Part shown: piece after piece, positions 49,294 through 64,000 of the stretch
How positions within the stretch are numbered: position 1 is the stretch's first letter
Layout of the letters: each line of letters starts with the position of its first letter
Assembly (NCBI GenBank): GCA_050613775.1
Contig: JBODTK010000154.1
Span: forward strand, 310,001-374,000
Origin: Neocallimastix sp. 'constans'
Lineage: Eukaryota
Length of the DNA stretch: 64,000 nucleotides
Direction: 5' to 3'
Program-made: the position numbers and the translations under genes
Notes under the pieces: model-generated
Told to the model about the DNA's origin: nothing
The model's database searches: none
Seen by the model: the letters and a program-made list of their open reading frames with translations, nothing else

Positions 49294-49913
49294 TGTAATG
49301 AATCCGTCAATAAAAAACAGATTATAACAATAAAAAAACACTACAATTTAAACAAATGAAATTAAAGTAATTTCTTTTATTAATAAATTCTTTTATTAAT
49401 TATAAACTTCTTTTATGTTATTAACTGTAAAATAGTTAATAACTAATACATCGATTAAATTAAGAAAAATTACATGAATTTATATTTTTTCTTATTACAA
49501 TATTAATATATGATGTTATTTAATAATATATATAAAACTATTTATTTATAAACAAAAGATTTTTTAATTAATAATTTTTTATTATTTATTAATTTACTAA
49601 AACTAAAATTAATTTTTTAAACTCTTTATTTTATTTATTATTTTAATACTTATAATAATTTTAATTATATATTTAATATTGAAAAACTATTTTTATAAAT
49701 ATTAACTATTTAAGATTATTCCTAAATTAATATTTAACTATTTAAAACTAAACTAAATTAACTAAACTAATTAAAAAATATTTTCAATTAAAAAAATAAT
49801 TAAATTTTATTTCAATAAATTTTATATTAAAAAAATAATTCATATACATTAAATAAATTAATTGTACGAAAAATTAAGCTATTTAATGTATTAAAGATTT
49901 ATTAAATCTTTAC

Positions 49914-49914
<1 letters not shown>
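49294..49914. mobile_element. Solo LTR (or MITE-like) element in (AAT)n
   Basis: TGTAA...TTACA termini, ataat on both sides, cleanly bounded by microsatellite. Confidence 0.7.
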
Positions 49915-49949
<35 letters not shown>

Positions 49950-49950
<1 letters not shown>

Positions 49951-51862
49951 GTTAGATGCTTTAGGTATTAGAGGTAAATGTTATCAATTTATAAAAAATC
50001 TATATTTGACTTCCAAAACCAGTGTTAAAATTGATGATCAATATTCGGAATCTTTTTAATATTAAGAAAGGAGTTAGACAAGGTTGTCCACTATCACCAA
50101 TTCTTCTCAATCTCTATATTAATAACATTTTTAATGATTTTTCAGAACTTGGAAATTCCTTTAGGCGAATCTAGAGGTTGCGGTGGACTCTTTTGCAGAT
50201 GATGTTGTTCTATGCGCATCATCAAGAACTAAGTTAAAAAAAAATGCTTAAGAAGGTAAATGAATGGGCTAAATTTAATATGATAAATTTTGGAATTAAC
50301 AAGTGTGCAACGATGATGATTCGACCAGACACACCTCTTTTATAAAAATAAAAGAGAATCCTACTTTTTTATCTTGCTGGTCAACCAATCCCAATAGCTA
50401 TAAATGTTATACCTATTTAGGTATACCATTTGATAAAAGCTTATCGTTGAACCCTATTAATGAATTACTTAACTCTAAAGTTACTAAAGCTCTCTTTTCT
50501 GCTAGTAAATTTCTTTCAAATTCCAAAATTCCTATTCCATTTAAGAAGATTATAATTAACTCCTATGTACTTAGTAAAGTCTTTTACTTTGCACCTTTAC
50601 TTGGTTCAAATAAAGCGAGAACAAGTAATACTCAGAAATTAATTAATAAAGGATTAAGATGGATTGCAGGTTTACAGAAAAGTCAAAATCATTTATTAAT
50701 GTATACTCTATTTCAAAAAGATTTAAATATTCCTTCATTGTCGGCTAAATATGTTTTTTTCTCAAGTCAAATGTTTTGATATATGAAAAGATTCAAATTG
50801 TATTATTTCCTATTCAGTTAATAATATTCCAAAATCTAGAAAAATATACATGAACGAATGAAAGTAGAACTCTTAAACGTAAACTTGAGAAAAAGAGGTA
50901 ATAATGATAATAAAATCAAGGATTTTTATTGGAAAAGAGATATGAAAATCAATTCTATTAAACTGAATTTTATGACAAAACCAGATTCGAAGAAACATCA
51001 AATTTTATAAAAACTTTATTATGAATATCCTAATCTTTCATATGGTTTCTATTGGCTATTGAGAGCACGAAGCGGATATAGATTAGATGCTAGAATTGCT
51101 AAAGCTGAAAAAATAATAGATCAAATGTGTCCTAATTTTTGTCCCTGTTGTAAAAGTAATAACCAATGGATAAGGCATTGGTTAATTGATTATCCATTTT
51201 TCAATCATATTCATAATAAAGTTAATGATAAAATTTTATTTTTATATAATGCTTTTAACCGTGGCAACCTAATAAATAATATTGTTAATAGTAGATAATG
51301 ATAATAGCAACAGTAATAATAGTTATAGTAATAATAGTAATAGTAATAATAGTTATAGTAATATTAGTAATAATATTATTAGTAAATGTTAGTAAGAGTA
51401 TTGAAAATAATGTGTATGTTGATTCTAGTGTGTGTGAAAAAGTGTTGAATTTCCTTCTTGGAGGCAATAGTAATAATAACAGTACAAGGGAATGGAAGGA
51501 TCTTTTTAAGTACCAGATGAAATCAGGTGCTTAATTCTGATACTCCATTCTTGGTGGTTACTGCGGCTCTTCTTCAATCGATTATACCTATTGCTATTGG
51601 CCAGCAATGGTCTTTATTCAATAGGTTCAAATCGAATCGTACCACTACTACCAAGAGCGTCAATACTGAAGAAACAGTAAGACAGGCCAGCAGGGCTAGC
51701 GCAACCAATGAAGATCATAATTTTGTATCTTAAAATTATGATTAACATTGCGAAGTCAAAATTAATTATTATACTTCAGTATAATAATGCCCTTGTGAAG
51801 TCTTACAGATATTAATTAAATGAAACTAGAATATATTATACCATTATTTTATTTTATTTTGT

Positions 51863-51907
<45 letters not shown>
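49950..51907 (+). mobile_element. 5'-truncated, frameshifted LINE (RT C-terminal half, Cys motif, 3' UTR, poly-T)
   Basis: LGIRGK, GVRQGCPLSP, FADD-like, YTYLGI, CPCC..H; many stops and frameshifts. Confidence 0.85.
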
Positions 51908-51909
<2 letters not shown>

Positions 51910-52315
51910 TATTACATGTATTTTATCATATATTTAATTAATAAAGATGAAACAAGTTTGCTGCTGAAAAAAAAAAAAAAAAAAAAAAAAATGATTATAC
52001 ATTTCAATTTTTTATGTTATTAAAAGTTTTATTTTTATATTCAATTTTTTTTTTTTTAATCTTTTTAAAGGTAAATTAACCATTAACCTTAGTAAGTAAT
52101 TGGTTTATTTCTTTCGAATAATGATTCATCTATTTTATGAATTATTTAAGTATGCTGGATAAAATATAAAATATAAAAGTGCTTACTTTTTTTTTTTTTG
52201 TTTTTTTTTGTTTTTTCGTTTTTTTGTTTTTTTTTGTTGACTTATATTTCTATCTTTCTATATCTAATCAAAAACAGTTTGTAATTTAATTTCAAGAAAA
52301 TCACCGCAGGTGAAT

Positions 52316-52359
<44 letters not shown>

Positions 52360-52529
52360 TTATCATAAAAAAATTTATTAGGTGGGATAGGTACAAATAT
52401 TTTAAACTTTAAAGAATAAAATTTGTGATCACAATAAATTTGATATTCTTTAATAAGGTAATTTGGGTTACCAGATTGATTACATATAGTTGAAAAAAGA
52501 AAGTTTATTAATGACACTACTAATTCCAT

Positions 52530-54250
52530 TACTAAGGATCGATAGATTACATTCCTCCAAAAAAAAAAAAAATTAGAAAAATTGACGTTTGGTAAAAAAA
52601 AATTTTTTTGAAGTATATAAACAGATTAAGTGTTATAAAATCTGTATATGATTCAAATGAATTTGTTAAAAATTGTATGACTCCTATAATAGACTATGTA
52701 AATCAATTTAAAAAAAAAAAACATTAAATGAATTTAGAAAAAAAAATATATTTATATTGGATTAAAATTGGATGTTCATTAGTTCTTAAAAATGATAGTA
52801 GGAAAACATGGAAATTGGGTAAAAAAGAATGCAAAAAAAAAAAAAAAAAAAATAGTAATCAATCTTTCACGGTCTCTCATCCTATTAAGAATAATAACAA
52901 CAAATTAGTATCTTTTACAGATGAAAAATTAAAAACTTTCCATTCTCATTGTAAATTTCTATCATCAGATTCTTCAGGTTATTGTCTTTCTAAAGATTTC
53001 TGAAAAGATTCTGAGAGACTTAAGAATTTAGGAAATTCAAGACAATAAGAATTGGGAAATTAACTAAAATATAAGAGATGAAGCCATTAGTAAGGCAATC
53101 ACGTCTACTCGTAACTTTAAAACATGTGGTTTTGATGGGATTTCAATGGAATTCTTCAAAGCTTTGATTCTTGATGGCGAAAAATCTCTAAATATGGAAT
53201 TGATAAAGGATTTTTTTTTTTTTTTAGACTAGAACAATTTGGATTTCACAACCGAAAAGAAGAATGTATAAATCTTTACACTTCATTAAGAATTATATGT
53301 CAGAGATGAAAATTTGAAAATAAAAAATATTTACCTTGCTTTTTTAGATCTTAAAAAATAAAAAAAAAAAAAACATATGACACAGTTCCCATATATAATG
53401 TATTAATGAAGATTCATCACTTTGGTATCAGAGGTATATGCTATAATTTTATTGAAAACTTATAATTATCTTCTAAGGCTTGTGTAAGGGTTGATGGACA
53501 ATTTATCAGAATCATTTCGTATTAAGAAAGGTGTTGGTCAAGGTTGTCCCCTCTCACCAATTTTATTTTAACTTGTTCACTAATGACATTTTTAATAAAT
53601 GTAATAAATATGATATTGTCCAACATGAAATAGTAATGTATACAATCCTGTCACAGATATGAATAATATAAAATCAAGTACTGATTCTGATAGTAGTAAC
53701 GAAGAGTATAATAATAATAATAGTAATAATAGAAAAAATACTGTTAATAACAGTAATAGTATTGATAGTGAAAATTAGGAATATTAATAATAGTATTGAT
53801 AGTGAAAATTAGAAATATTAATATTAGTGATAATGAAAATAATAGTATCGGTAATAATAATGTAGTGAATAGGTCAAATGGTGATAATAGTGTTAATATT
53901 AGTAATTTTTTGAATAATAAGTTTGTAAATATATAGGTGATGCGGTATCAATTATATAACTTCCTTCTTAATGGAAGAGACGCAGACATTATTGACTTAG
54001 ATTTTAAAAAGGAATGGGATGTTTTATTTAATAACCAAATCATTTTTGAAATCATTTCTGATGATTATTTTAAAACGCCATTCTTGGTAAACTAACTAGG
54101 AGCGTCAACACTGAAAAAAGCAGTTAAGAAAGGCTAGCAGGGCCCAATACTTCTGAAGGAGAAGATTATAATTTCTTTCAGATAGTCATTTCAAACCCTA
54201 AGTCAGAACTAGAATTCCCTTTAAACAGAAATCTTATAATCTTGGAGGTA
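52530..54250 (+). mobile_element. Decayed, internally deleted LINE of a related family
   Basis: GFDGISMEFFK, QFGF, FLDLKK..YDTVP, GVGQGCPLSP; 3' blocks ccattcttggt, gagcgtcaa.actgaa and aggc.agcagggc shared with 51545-51700. Boundaries approximate. Confidence 0.75.
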
Positions 54251-54395
54251 AGCGTATGAATTTTTTTCTGAATTTATTTATACAGTTTATTTAGAATATT
54301 ACTTTTATTTAATATTACTATTTATATTTAAATAATATTTTGTTCCATTTGGACAAATAATACTTTTTTTTTTCTTTTCTATTATTAATTTGGAG

Positions 54396-54429
<34 letters not shown>

Positions 54430-56837
54430 TATGTGTATATATTTAATAAATGGATAAAATAAATAAAGTTAAAAGTTTTCAATAATTGCGATTATAAAAA
54501 AAGCAAAAAATTTCTATATAGAGTTTTTTATCGGAAGACCATCCTAATTCTCATGGTACCAAGGGTGATGATAAAAAGAAAATTCAAACATCGATTAATG
54601 AATATTTTTTGGTACAATTCCATACTGTAATTGTTAGTTTGTAATTGATATTATTTATTAATTAATTTTTTAAAAAAAAAAAATTTTTTTCAGTTCTTCA
54701 CCAATTGGATGACGAAGTACTTTTAAATATCAATAGAGAACCATAAAAAATAAAAAATTTATTTTATACATTATTTTTACAATTAAAACTATTCACTAAC
54801 ATTTTTTTTTAATTTTTTTTTTTCATTAGGTTACAAATACGAATGAAACATATACAATATTAAAAAAAATCTCCATAGAAAAGACTATAGCAGAGATTTT
54901 ATTTTATTTTATTTTTTTTTTTTTTTTTTTCACCTCATTTACTAATTTTATTAACCTATTATTCCTATCTTTAAAAATACTTCTTTATACAAATCCCTCC
55001 TCAAATACTCAATATTTTAATATATCTAAGGAACTATTTATACCTCCTATTGATAGTTTATTAGTTCAAAGGTGATGATTCTATGCTTTAAAAAAGGGAA
55101 AGAGTCTCTTTGTATTATTTATCATTTAGTTAAAAATATACCAGCACTTTCACATTATTCATAGACAAAAAAAAAAAGCACATTGATTAATAATACGCAA
55201 ACACAATAATAAGCATCCTGGAGAAATACAGATATTTTACTGAGAAAATATTTATTATACAAGTACGCCTGTGATTCATTATTCATAATTTTATGAAATT
55301 AGATAATAATATAATAAAAAAATTAAAAAACATTTTTATTATGACAGCCCAATAAAATTAACACCTATGAAACGGAGCATAATTTTTTAAGTACTAACTT
55401 TAAAAAATAGATTGATAATATATAAATTAATAATATATAACCTTTAAAAAAAAAAAAAATAAAATATATAAAACTAATAATTGGTCAAATTATATATTAG
55501 GAATTCAATTCATTTAGAATATAGCATCTCTTTTTAGCATTAGTGTCCATCATAATGCAATACTTCCTCTAAAATAATATAACCTCATTATTGAAATATT
55601 GAAATCAATACTAATAAATTTAAATAGATAATCAAAAATATTTAGTAAACACTATTTTTCTTTTAATTTTTATTAAATCATAAATAAAATTGGGTAATAC
55701 TCTTCATAAACTGCCAAAACTTTTCATAGTTCACTTTAATAAGATAATTTTAGTATTATAAAAAAAATTTTTTTTTTTAAAAAGATAATTTTAATATTAA
55801 TAAAAAAAAAAATTTTTTTTTTCTTTTGGTTCTATAGTTCATTTTTATTCATTATATACTTGATAATTTTAATGTATTAAGCTGAACCAAAGACAAAAAA
55901 GAAAACTATTTTAATAAAAGAAAAAAATTAATAATAATAATTATACTTATTAGTCAATTAATTATTGCTTTGTAATATTTAAATAAACAAATAAACCTTT
56001 TCTGTGTTAGTACCCGAGTATTAACCATCAGAATAAAAATTGGAAAGACAATTTAATTATGTAGAAAAATTCATAAAATTAATAACAATAATAATAATAA
56101 TAATAGTAGTAATAAAAGTAATAATAAAGTATTACATTAAATATTATTATTATTTTTTTAAATAATATAAAAAATTTAATATTAATAAATATTTATGTAT
56201 AATTAATTATTAACTAATAACAGAGCCAATAAATAAAAAATATATATATATAAATGTATAATATTCATAAATTATCATTCATTATTTTTACATGTATTCT
56301 TTTAAAATATGGTATATATTAGTATTAGATTATTTATATTTTAGGTAATATTAACAAAAAAATAATATTAATATTATATTTTTTTACATTGAAAGTTTTG
56401 CATATTTAATATATTAATGAAATATCCTATTTTCTATTTAAAATCCATTTTATTTTAAAAGTTTTAATGTATTATTAATTTTGGGCATACATATGTATAT
56501 TAAATATATGCACAGAATTAAATTGTTTTTTTTTTGTATGCATTATAAATTTTATCAATGCCATATTTTGTAAGGTTATTGATGAAGGGTTTACTTTTTT
56601 TTTTTTGCTACATCTTCTTATTTTCTTTTTTTTTTTTTTTTTATTTTATTATCATAATATTCACGTTATTCAATAATTCTTAATTAATAGCAATTTTAAT
56701 CAATAATCTATAGTTATAATATTAAAATATATATATTTTTTATTTTTCTTATTATAGATATAATTTAAATTTAACCAATGATTTTATGTAAAATTTTTTT
56801 TCTTTGGGTATGGGTATACATATATTTTTTATATAAT

Positions 56838-57365
56838 TTTATTATTTATTATTTACTATTCAATTATTTATTATTTACTATTCAATTATTTATTATTTAT
56901 TATTTATTATTCCATTATTATTTATTATTCATTTATTATTCAATTATTTATTATTTATTATTTATTATTTATTATTTATTATTCCATTATTATTTATTAT
57001 TCAATTATTTATTATTTATTATTTATTATTTATTATTTATTATTTATTATTTATTATTTATTATTTATTATTTATTATTTATTATTTATTATTTATTATT
57101 TATTATTTATTATTTATTATTTATTATTTATTATTTATTATTTATTATTTATTATTTATTATTTATTATTTATTATTTATTATTTATTATTTATTATTTA
57201 TTATTTATTATTTATTATTTATTATTTATTATTTATTATTTATTATTTATTATTTATTATTTATTATTTATTATTTATTATTCAATTATTCAATTATTTA
57301 TTATTCCATTATTATTTATTATTTATTATTCAATTATTTATTATTCTATTATTTATTATTTATTT
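56838..57365. repeat. (TTATTAT)n heptamer satellite
   Basis: Direct reading. Confidence 0.95.
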
Positions 57366-57799
57366 TTTGAATAATAAAATATTTATAAATATTCCATATT
57401 TAGTATTTTAATATGAATATTTTAATATCAATAAATTAATTTGATAAAAAAATTTTTTTTTAGTTTTTTTTTTAATTATACATATTTTCATATTTTTTTA
57501 TACTATATTACTATATATAGTAATTTAATATTCAGTCCATCAAAAATAACAAAAAAAAAAAAAAAATTGGAATTATTACTTATAAAATTTTTATTTTTTT
57601 TTAATATTAGAATGTCAATTTAAAAGCATTTCAACTCCTTATATATTAATAATATATACTTAATAGTATATGTATATATCACATTCTACTTTTATTCAAA
57701 TTACTTTTTTTTAATTTAATATATAATAGTATTAATATTATTTATAAATTATTTATAAAAAATATTTTTTTACAAAAAAAAAAACTTATTTTAAATAAT

Positions 57800-57957
57800 T
57801 AAAATTAAATAAAATTATTATATAAAATTAAATAATTGATATATAAAATTAAATAAAATTATTATATAAAATTAAATAATTGATATATAAAATTAAATAA
57901 TTGATATATAAAATTAAATAATTGATATATAAAATTAAATAAAATTATTATATAAAA
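57800..57957. repeat. ~21-bp tandem repeat aattaaataattgatatataa
   Basis: Several adjacent copies. Confidence 0.8.
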
Positions 57958-60347
57958 ATTTGTTTAAAAGAATAAAGTTTTTTTTTTTTTTTTTTGTGGT
58001 AGTTGGTGATGAAAGTATGCATTATGTCATATTCAAAAAAGTAATTAAATAAAAAAAAAAAAAAAAAAAGAAGGAATACAATAAAAAGTTCAGAATTCGT
58101 TGCTTTTAAAAAAAAAAAAAAAAAAAAAAACTTATTTGTATTTTTTACATATTCATTGATAAAAATATTTAATATCATATTTAATATCATATTTATATCA
58201 ACAATTAGGTAGATAGAGAGATATATCATTTTACCTGAACTAATTTATTTATTAAATGATAAGAATAAAAAAAAAAAAATATTCATTATACTTAAATATT
58301 ACCAAATATTATCCCATATCCCATTAATTGAGGATATTTATCATACAATTATTAATATAAAATACATGTGAATGTGTATAAATTTATGTATATGTCTATG
58401 TAAATATATTTTTCATAATAAAACAGAAAAAAAAAAATAAACAGTAAAAATTGTTTGTGGAATAACTTTTCTCTATTAAAAAAAAAAAAAAAAAAAGTGA
58501 TATTATTTGACTAGTCATTGCATACTTTTCTGTTTAATTAATTAAAAAATATATTATATATTTATTTTGATTATAAAATATAAATATTTATTTTGATTAA
58601 ATGACTAATGATTTTATAAAAAAGTATATCTTTTATTATATATTATAATTAAAAAAAAAGTATCCTTCTCTGCCTATTAATTTATGATTCTTAATATTCC
58701 TTTTAAATTATAAAGATTATAATTATTATTTCTTCTATCTTTTATTATTTATCATAGTCATCAATATTTATTATTTAATTATTTATTTATTATTTAATTA
58801 TTTAATTATTTATTTTTTATTTATTTATTATTTATTTATTTAATTATTTAATTATTTAATTATTTAATTATTTATTATTTATTATTTAATTATTTATTAT
58901 CCAATATTATTTTATAAAAATAATAAAAAAATAAATGAAATAAATCAAGAACGATCAAAATATAATATATTAATAATATATATAAATTAAATAAAACAAT
59001 ATATAAATTTGAATATAAGATTTAGTATTAATTAAATATAATATATATGAATACATAAAATAAAATAAGTAAATATATAAAACTTTAATTTGTTGATTAT
59101 AGATATTTCAAATTTATAAAGCATTAAAAAAAAAAAAAGTTTCATTTATATAAATATATATATATATATTTTTTTATAATATATACATGTTTAACTTTTA
59201 TTCTTACATTTATTCATTTTATTTCAATTTTATTTCTGGTATGTTTCAATTTTCTAATATAACAATTATTATATGAATATATATATATATATATTTTTTT
59301 TTAATATTTAAATATATAAAATAATAATAATAATTAATAATAATAATTAATAAAATAATTAATAATAATAAAATAATAAGAATTAAATAATAAATAATAA
59401 TTATAATAGGAATAAAATATAATTTGACAATAAGAAATTTTTAAAATTTTTTAATTAAATAGTAGTAATTTTATTTATTAATAAAAAATTTTATATATTG
59501 TAATATATTAGATAATGAAAATAATATATGTTGTACAATAGAAAAGTGTGTAAAGGCTTAATTTTCAATTGATTATGTATTATCCAATATCAGTTAAATA
59601 ATTTATATTTAATCTTTTAATAAACCATTTCTATATATATCTATAAATATAATATATTAATGGTTTAATAATAATTTAACAAAATTTATTACTTTTTTAT
59701 TTCATCATCAATAAAAACATATATGTCATAAAAATTAATTAAATAATAATAACATATTTAATATATTATATAAAAGCAAATTTTATATCTTTTTTTTTTT
59801 TATTCTTTTCTAATTTTTGATTTTTAAATTGCTGAATTTAAAAGAAAAAAAGTGTATTTTTTATTTAATAATTGTCTTAAACAAAATAAATTAAAGCAGT
59901 TTATGTTATATATTTATAATTAATTATCTATATATTGCAAGAAAAGAAAAAAAAAAATAAATTAAATGAAAACATTAATATAAATAATATCATACTATCA
60001 TATTTAACTCTTTTTTTTTTTTTGTTTTTTGTTTTTGTTTTTGTTTTTTAGAAATGTATATATATTATTATTAATTTAAAATCATTTTTGAAATAATAAA
60101 CCAATATTTTATTTAAAATCAATTATAAAATATTTTTAATATTAATTTATCATAATAGAATAAAAAATTACATTAATACATATTTATGTAAAATATCCAT
60201 CTTAGAACAAATAGCATTATATATTTTATCAAAAATAAAATATTCTTCATATTATATTTTATTATATTTTAATATATATATTATATCTATATTTATTAAA
60301 AAGAAGCTGAAAGTTATACCATTAAATAATATATAAATTGAATTGAA

Positions 60348-60387
<40 letters not shown>

Positions 60388-60511
60388 TAGTTTCCAAGGA
60401 AAGTTTTTTTTTTATTTTACTTTGAAAATTATAAAATTATTATACCTCATATATAATCAACTTCAGATTTATTTTAAAAATATATATATATTTTGCACCA
60501 TTATTTAAAAA

Positions 60512-61997
60512 ATGAATTTTTCATATTTTATTTTAACCGTTTTCATTTTATTCTGGAGAGCTCAAGCAGCAGGTAATTTATTATTATTATTATTATTATT
60601 AGTAGTATTAATTATTAATTAATAGTTAATAAATATTCTTAAAAATAAAAAAAAAAAAAAAAAAAAAAAAGTAACAATAATAAAATATTATTAAATAAGT
60701 TGAAAATTTAATATTTAATATTTATATTTATTATATTATTTAAATTCCTTTCAAATTATCCTTATTAGTTACTATTACAGAGAAGCATCATGTTGGTAAA
60801 AATGTAACTATTATTATTTTAGGAGTAGCCATTATTTTTTTATTTTCATTTACCGGTACAATTCTTCCAATTATTTTGAAGAAAAAGTAATTATTTTGTT
60901 TTATTATAAAATATAAAATTTTATATTATAATAATTATATTATAATTATTATTATTATTATGCTTAAAGGAAAATATATATATATATTTAAAATTTTAAT
61001 AATAATATCTAATTTTTTTCTTCCTTGTTATATATATATTATATAATTTTATTTTTATTTTTTTGTTATTCGTTATCTTTCGTTATATATTAATTAAAAA
61101 ACTAGAAAATATATAAAAGTAGATAGTATATTATTCGGTTCGATAAAAATTTTTGGGGTTGGAATTATCGTTGGCGTTGCATTTATTCATATGTTAATTC
61201 CAGGAGATCAACTTTTAATTTCGAATAATTCACCTCATTTCTTTAAGGAAGAACATCCTCATTTTTGTGGTGCATTAGTTATTATAGGTATTATATTTGC
61301 ACACCTTATTCAAGTTTTAACTTCACATATTCTTCAAACTAAAGTAGTTAAAAAAAAGGGTAAGGAACCTGTCGTTTATAATGATACTGAAAAAACTTTA
61401 AGTATTGGCTCTATAAAAGATATTTCAGAATCTAGACCAAGTACTAGCGTAACAACAACTACCACTGAATTGTGTTGTTTAGATGAAAAAGATTTTGATA
61501 ATATAGTAGATAAGAGAGAAAAGCAAATTGTTTTTTATCTTGTGGAATTAAGTGTTGCTATTCATTCACTTTTAATTGGATTTGCTTTCGGTTTAAGTAA
61601 TGTTAATAAAATTATTCAATTAACTTTTGCCTTGGTTTTCCATCAATTCTTTGAAGGCATTGCTATTTCTTCTATTTTCTTAGAAGCCAAATTTACTCGT
61701 ATTAAACCATATCTTGTAATGATCGGTTTATATACATTAACTTTACCACTTGGTGCCTTTATTGGTATTATTGTTCGTGAATCTTTTAATGATGATGATT
61801 CTGCCTCTATTGGTATACAAGGTTGTGTTGATATTATTGCTTCTGGTATTCTTATCTATGATTCTTTAGCAAATATTCTTTCTCATCATACAGACTCAAA
61901 AATTTGGAATACTATGAGTATTGGTAAAAAAGCAATTCAAATGTTTTGTTTCTATCTTGGTCTCTTTATGATGGCACTCATTAATACTTGGATTTAA
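60512..61997 (+). CDS. Second ZIP transporter paralog; exons 60512-60572, 60769 (or 60781)-60886, 61106-61997
   Basis: Same intron positions and phases as the 21521 gene; FGVGIIVGVAFIHM, VELSVAIHSLLIG, FHQFFEG. Confidence 0.9.
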
Positions 61998-62333
61998 AAG
62001 AAAAATAAAATTAAATATATATATATATATATCTGTATATTTATATATATTTATATAACTATATAAAATCATTTTAAATATTTTAATAATTAATAATAAA
62101 TAATAATAATTTAAAAAAAAAATTTTTTTTCTTATATATATAAATATATATATATATTTACTATATATTTAAGTAAATTACTGAAAATAATTTTATTAGT
62201 TTTAAAATTTTACAAATAAAAAAAAAAAATTACTAGAATTTTTAGTACACTTACTACTAATAATAATAATTTTAGAATATGTATTTTAAATTTTTTTTTA
62301 AAAAAATATTTTTTAAAAAGTTTATTTATTAAT

Positions 62334-62373
<40 letters not shown>

Positions 62374-62619
62374 AACCTTTTTTTGTTTAATATATATATA
62401 TATATATATCAATTTATATATGGATAGAATAAAAAAAATAATAAAACTAATAATATTAAAAAATATATATATATATGTGTATATGTATATTATTTATTAT
62501 TCATTATTTATTTTATTTAATATTTAATTGTTTATTATGTTGCCCTTTTTTAAGAATAACATTATACCTAGTTTTAGACGAAATTTTGAAAATAAAGATA
62601 GGTAGCTTGATTTTTTTTT

Positions 62620-63370
62620 TTCGGACCTTAAGAAAAAAAGATGTATGATTCAGTTCTTATAGATAATATATTAATGAAGGTACATCACTTTGGTATCAGA
62701 TCTTTATGTGGATGTAAATCCTTAGATTTCATTGATGATTTTTCATTTTATTTACCAATAAAAGAAGGAATCTTTCCTTACTTTCTTCATATTCTAGTAT
62801 TTTAGAATATGAAAATTTCATAAACAGGTATATTTATATATTCCTTCTTGGTGGAATTTCAGCTTTAGATGAGCTACAATGCGATACTGGGGAAACTGGG
62901 ACATTTAAGTGAACCACTCCTAAAAAAAAGTACACAGGGGTCTACGGTTCCGTATATTTTGGAGCTTGCGGAATATCTTGCTAATTACAATATCGATCAT
63001 CAGTAGCTCTCTTGAGTTAACTTTTTTTTTGAGAGGTTTAACAAAATTCACTTTCATTATCAAGAGTGCTGACGTCGTACCGATATGGCAAAAGGAATAG
63101 TGCAGTTAGAAGTCCTGTTAAATTCTTATCAATAACACCATTTATTAACAAGTACAGTTCTGAAAAAAGAACCTATAGTAAGTAATTTCAACTTTTTGAT
63201 GATCTTTCGTGTGGTTCAAGAGAAGAGTTTAGTGGGATACCATACTATCTATCTATACTTTATGATTTAATGATGTTACTTTTTTGTTTTATTATTTTAG
63301 ATTTAACTGGTGTTTATGTTAACTACACATAGTATACATCACACCGAAATTACTTTTTTTTTTTTTTTTT
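62620..63370 (+). mobile_element. Third LINE relic
   Basis: gaccttaagaaa..tatgattcagtt..attaatgaag..catcactttggtatcaga matches 53347-53432. Ends approximate. Confidence 0.55.
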
Positions 63371-64000
63371 TAACTTTTGAAACTTATTTTTTATTTTTTA
63401 TTATATTATATTACCTTTAAATTTTCTATAATTAATTAAAAAAAAACTTTTTTTTTTTTTTTTATTTTTATTATTATTATTTTTTATTTTACATAACCTT
63501 TTACATACATTTTATTTTTTATCTTTAAATGATATAATGTATTTTTTTTTTTTTTTTAATAAATGTAATACATAAAAAATATTTTAATCTATTTAATAAA
63601 GCACTGGAAGTGTATTCTCTTCCTAGTCTAAAAAAAAAAAAAAAAAAAAAATTGTGTTATATACTCCAACAAGATCTCAACTTAGAGGATTTGTTAAAAT
63701 TAGCCAATAAGTAAGTTAGAAATAAATGAAATGAAATTATGATATCAATAAATGTGCAAGTTTAGTGGTACGAGGGAATTTCCAAATTTCTTAATAAAAA
63801 AAAAAAAAAGATCCTACCTTTTATCTTAAAAGACAAGAGTTATCTAAAACGAATTGCTATACCTACCTAGATGTACGAGTTTTTCAAATGATTTAGAACT
63901 GAAACCTATTACAAAAAGAGAATGAATGAATGATTAATAAAAGTTAGATTAGAAAAGCACTTTATTTCAATAAAGGATTTCTTATGAATCCTCAGATTCC

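Noticed and set aside
54480..56050. Scattered higher-GC patches, possible gene or transposon remnant
   Set aside because: No ORF, motif or termini I could identify.
56778..57374. 198-aa hydrophobic ORF
   Set aside because: Translation of the TTATTAT satellite.

Overview
Extremely AT-rich eukaryotic DNA with poly-A/T tracts, (AAT)n microsatellites and GT-AG introns. The GH11 xylanase and base composition suggest an anaerobic gut fungus (Neocallimastigomycota); this is inference. I can support only three host genes: an intronless GH11 xylanase with a Trp/Asn repeat tail and two paralogous 3-exon ZIP metal transporters. Most of the remaining recognisable sequence is retroelement. (1) A T-tailed tRNA-headed SINE has a full-length Ty3/gypsy element plus an older solo LTR inserted at one site 11-14 bp upstream of its tRNA head. 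(2) An (AAT)n tract holds two Ty1/copia elements and a third TG..CA element in the same register; both copias have a primer-binding site (PBS) matching the tRNA-Lys(CUU) anticodon arm. (3) An intact chromovirus with TA..TA ends, a Tf1-like self-priming PBS and discordant ~3 kb LTRs is nested in copia 1, with another LTR relic inside its 5' LTR. (4) Decayed LINEs. The strongest novel signal is a ~230-nt RNA structure with compensatory base changes shared by the 5' leaders of the two otherwise dissimilar gypsy elements. All alignments and folds were done by eye.
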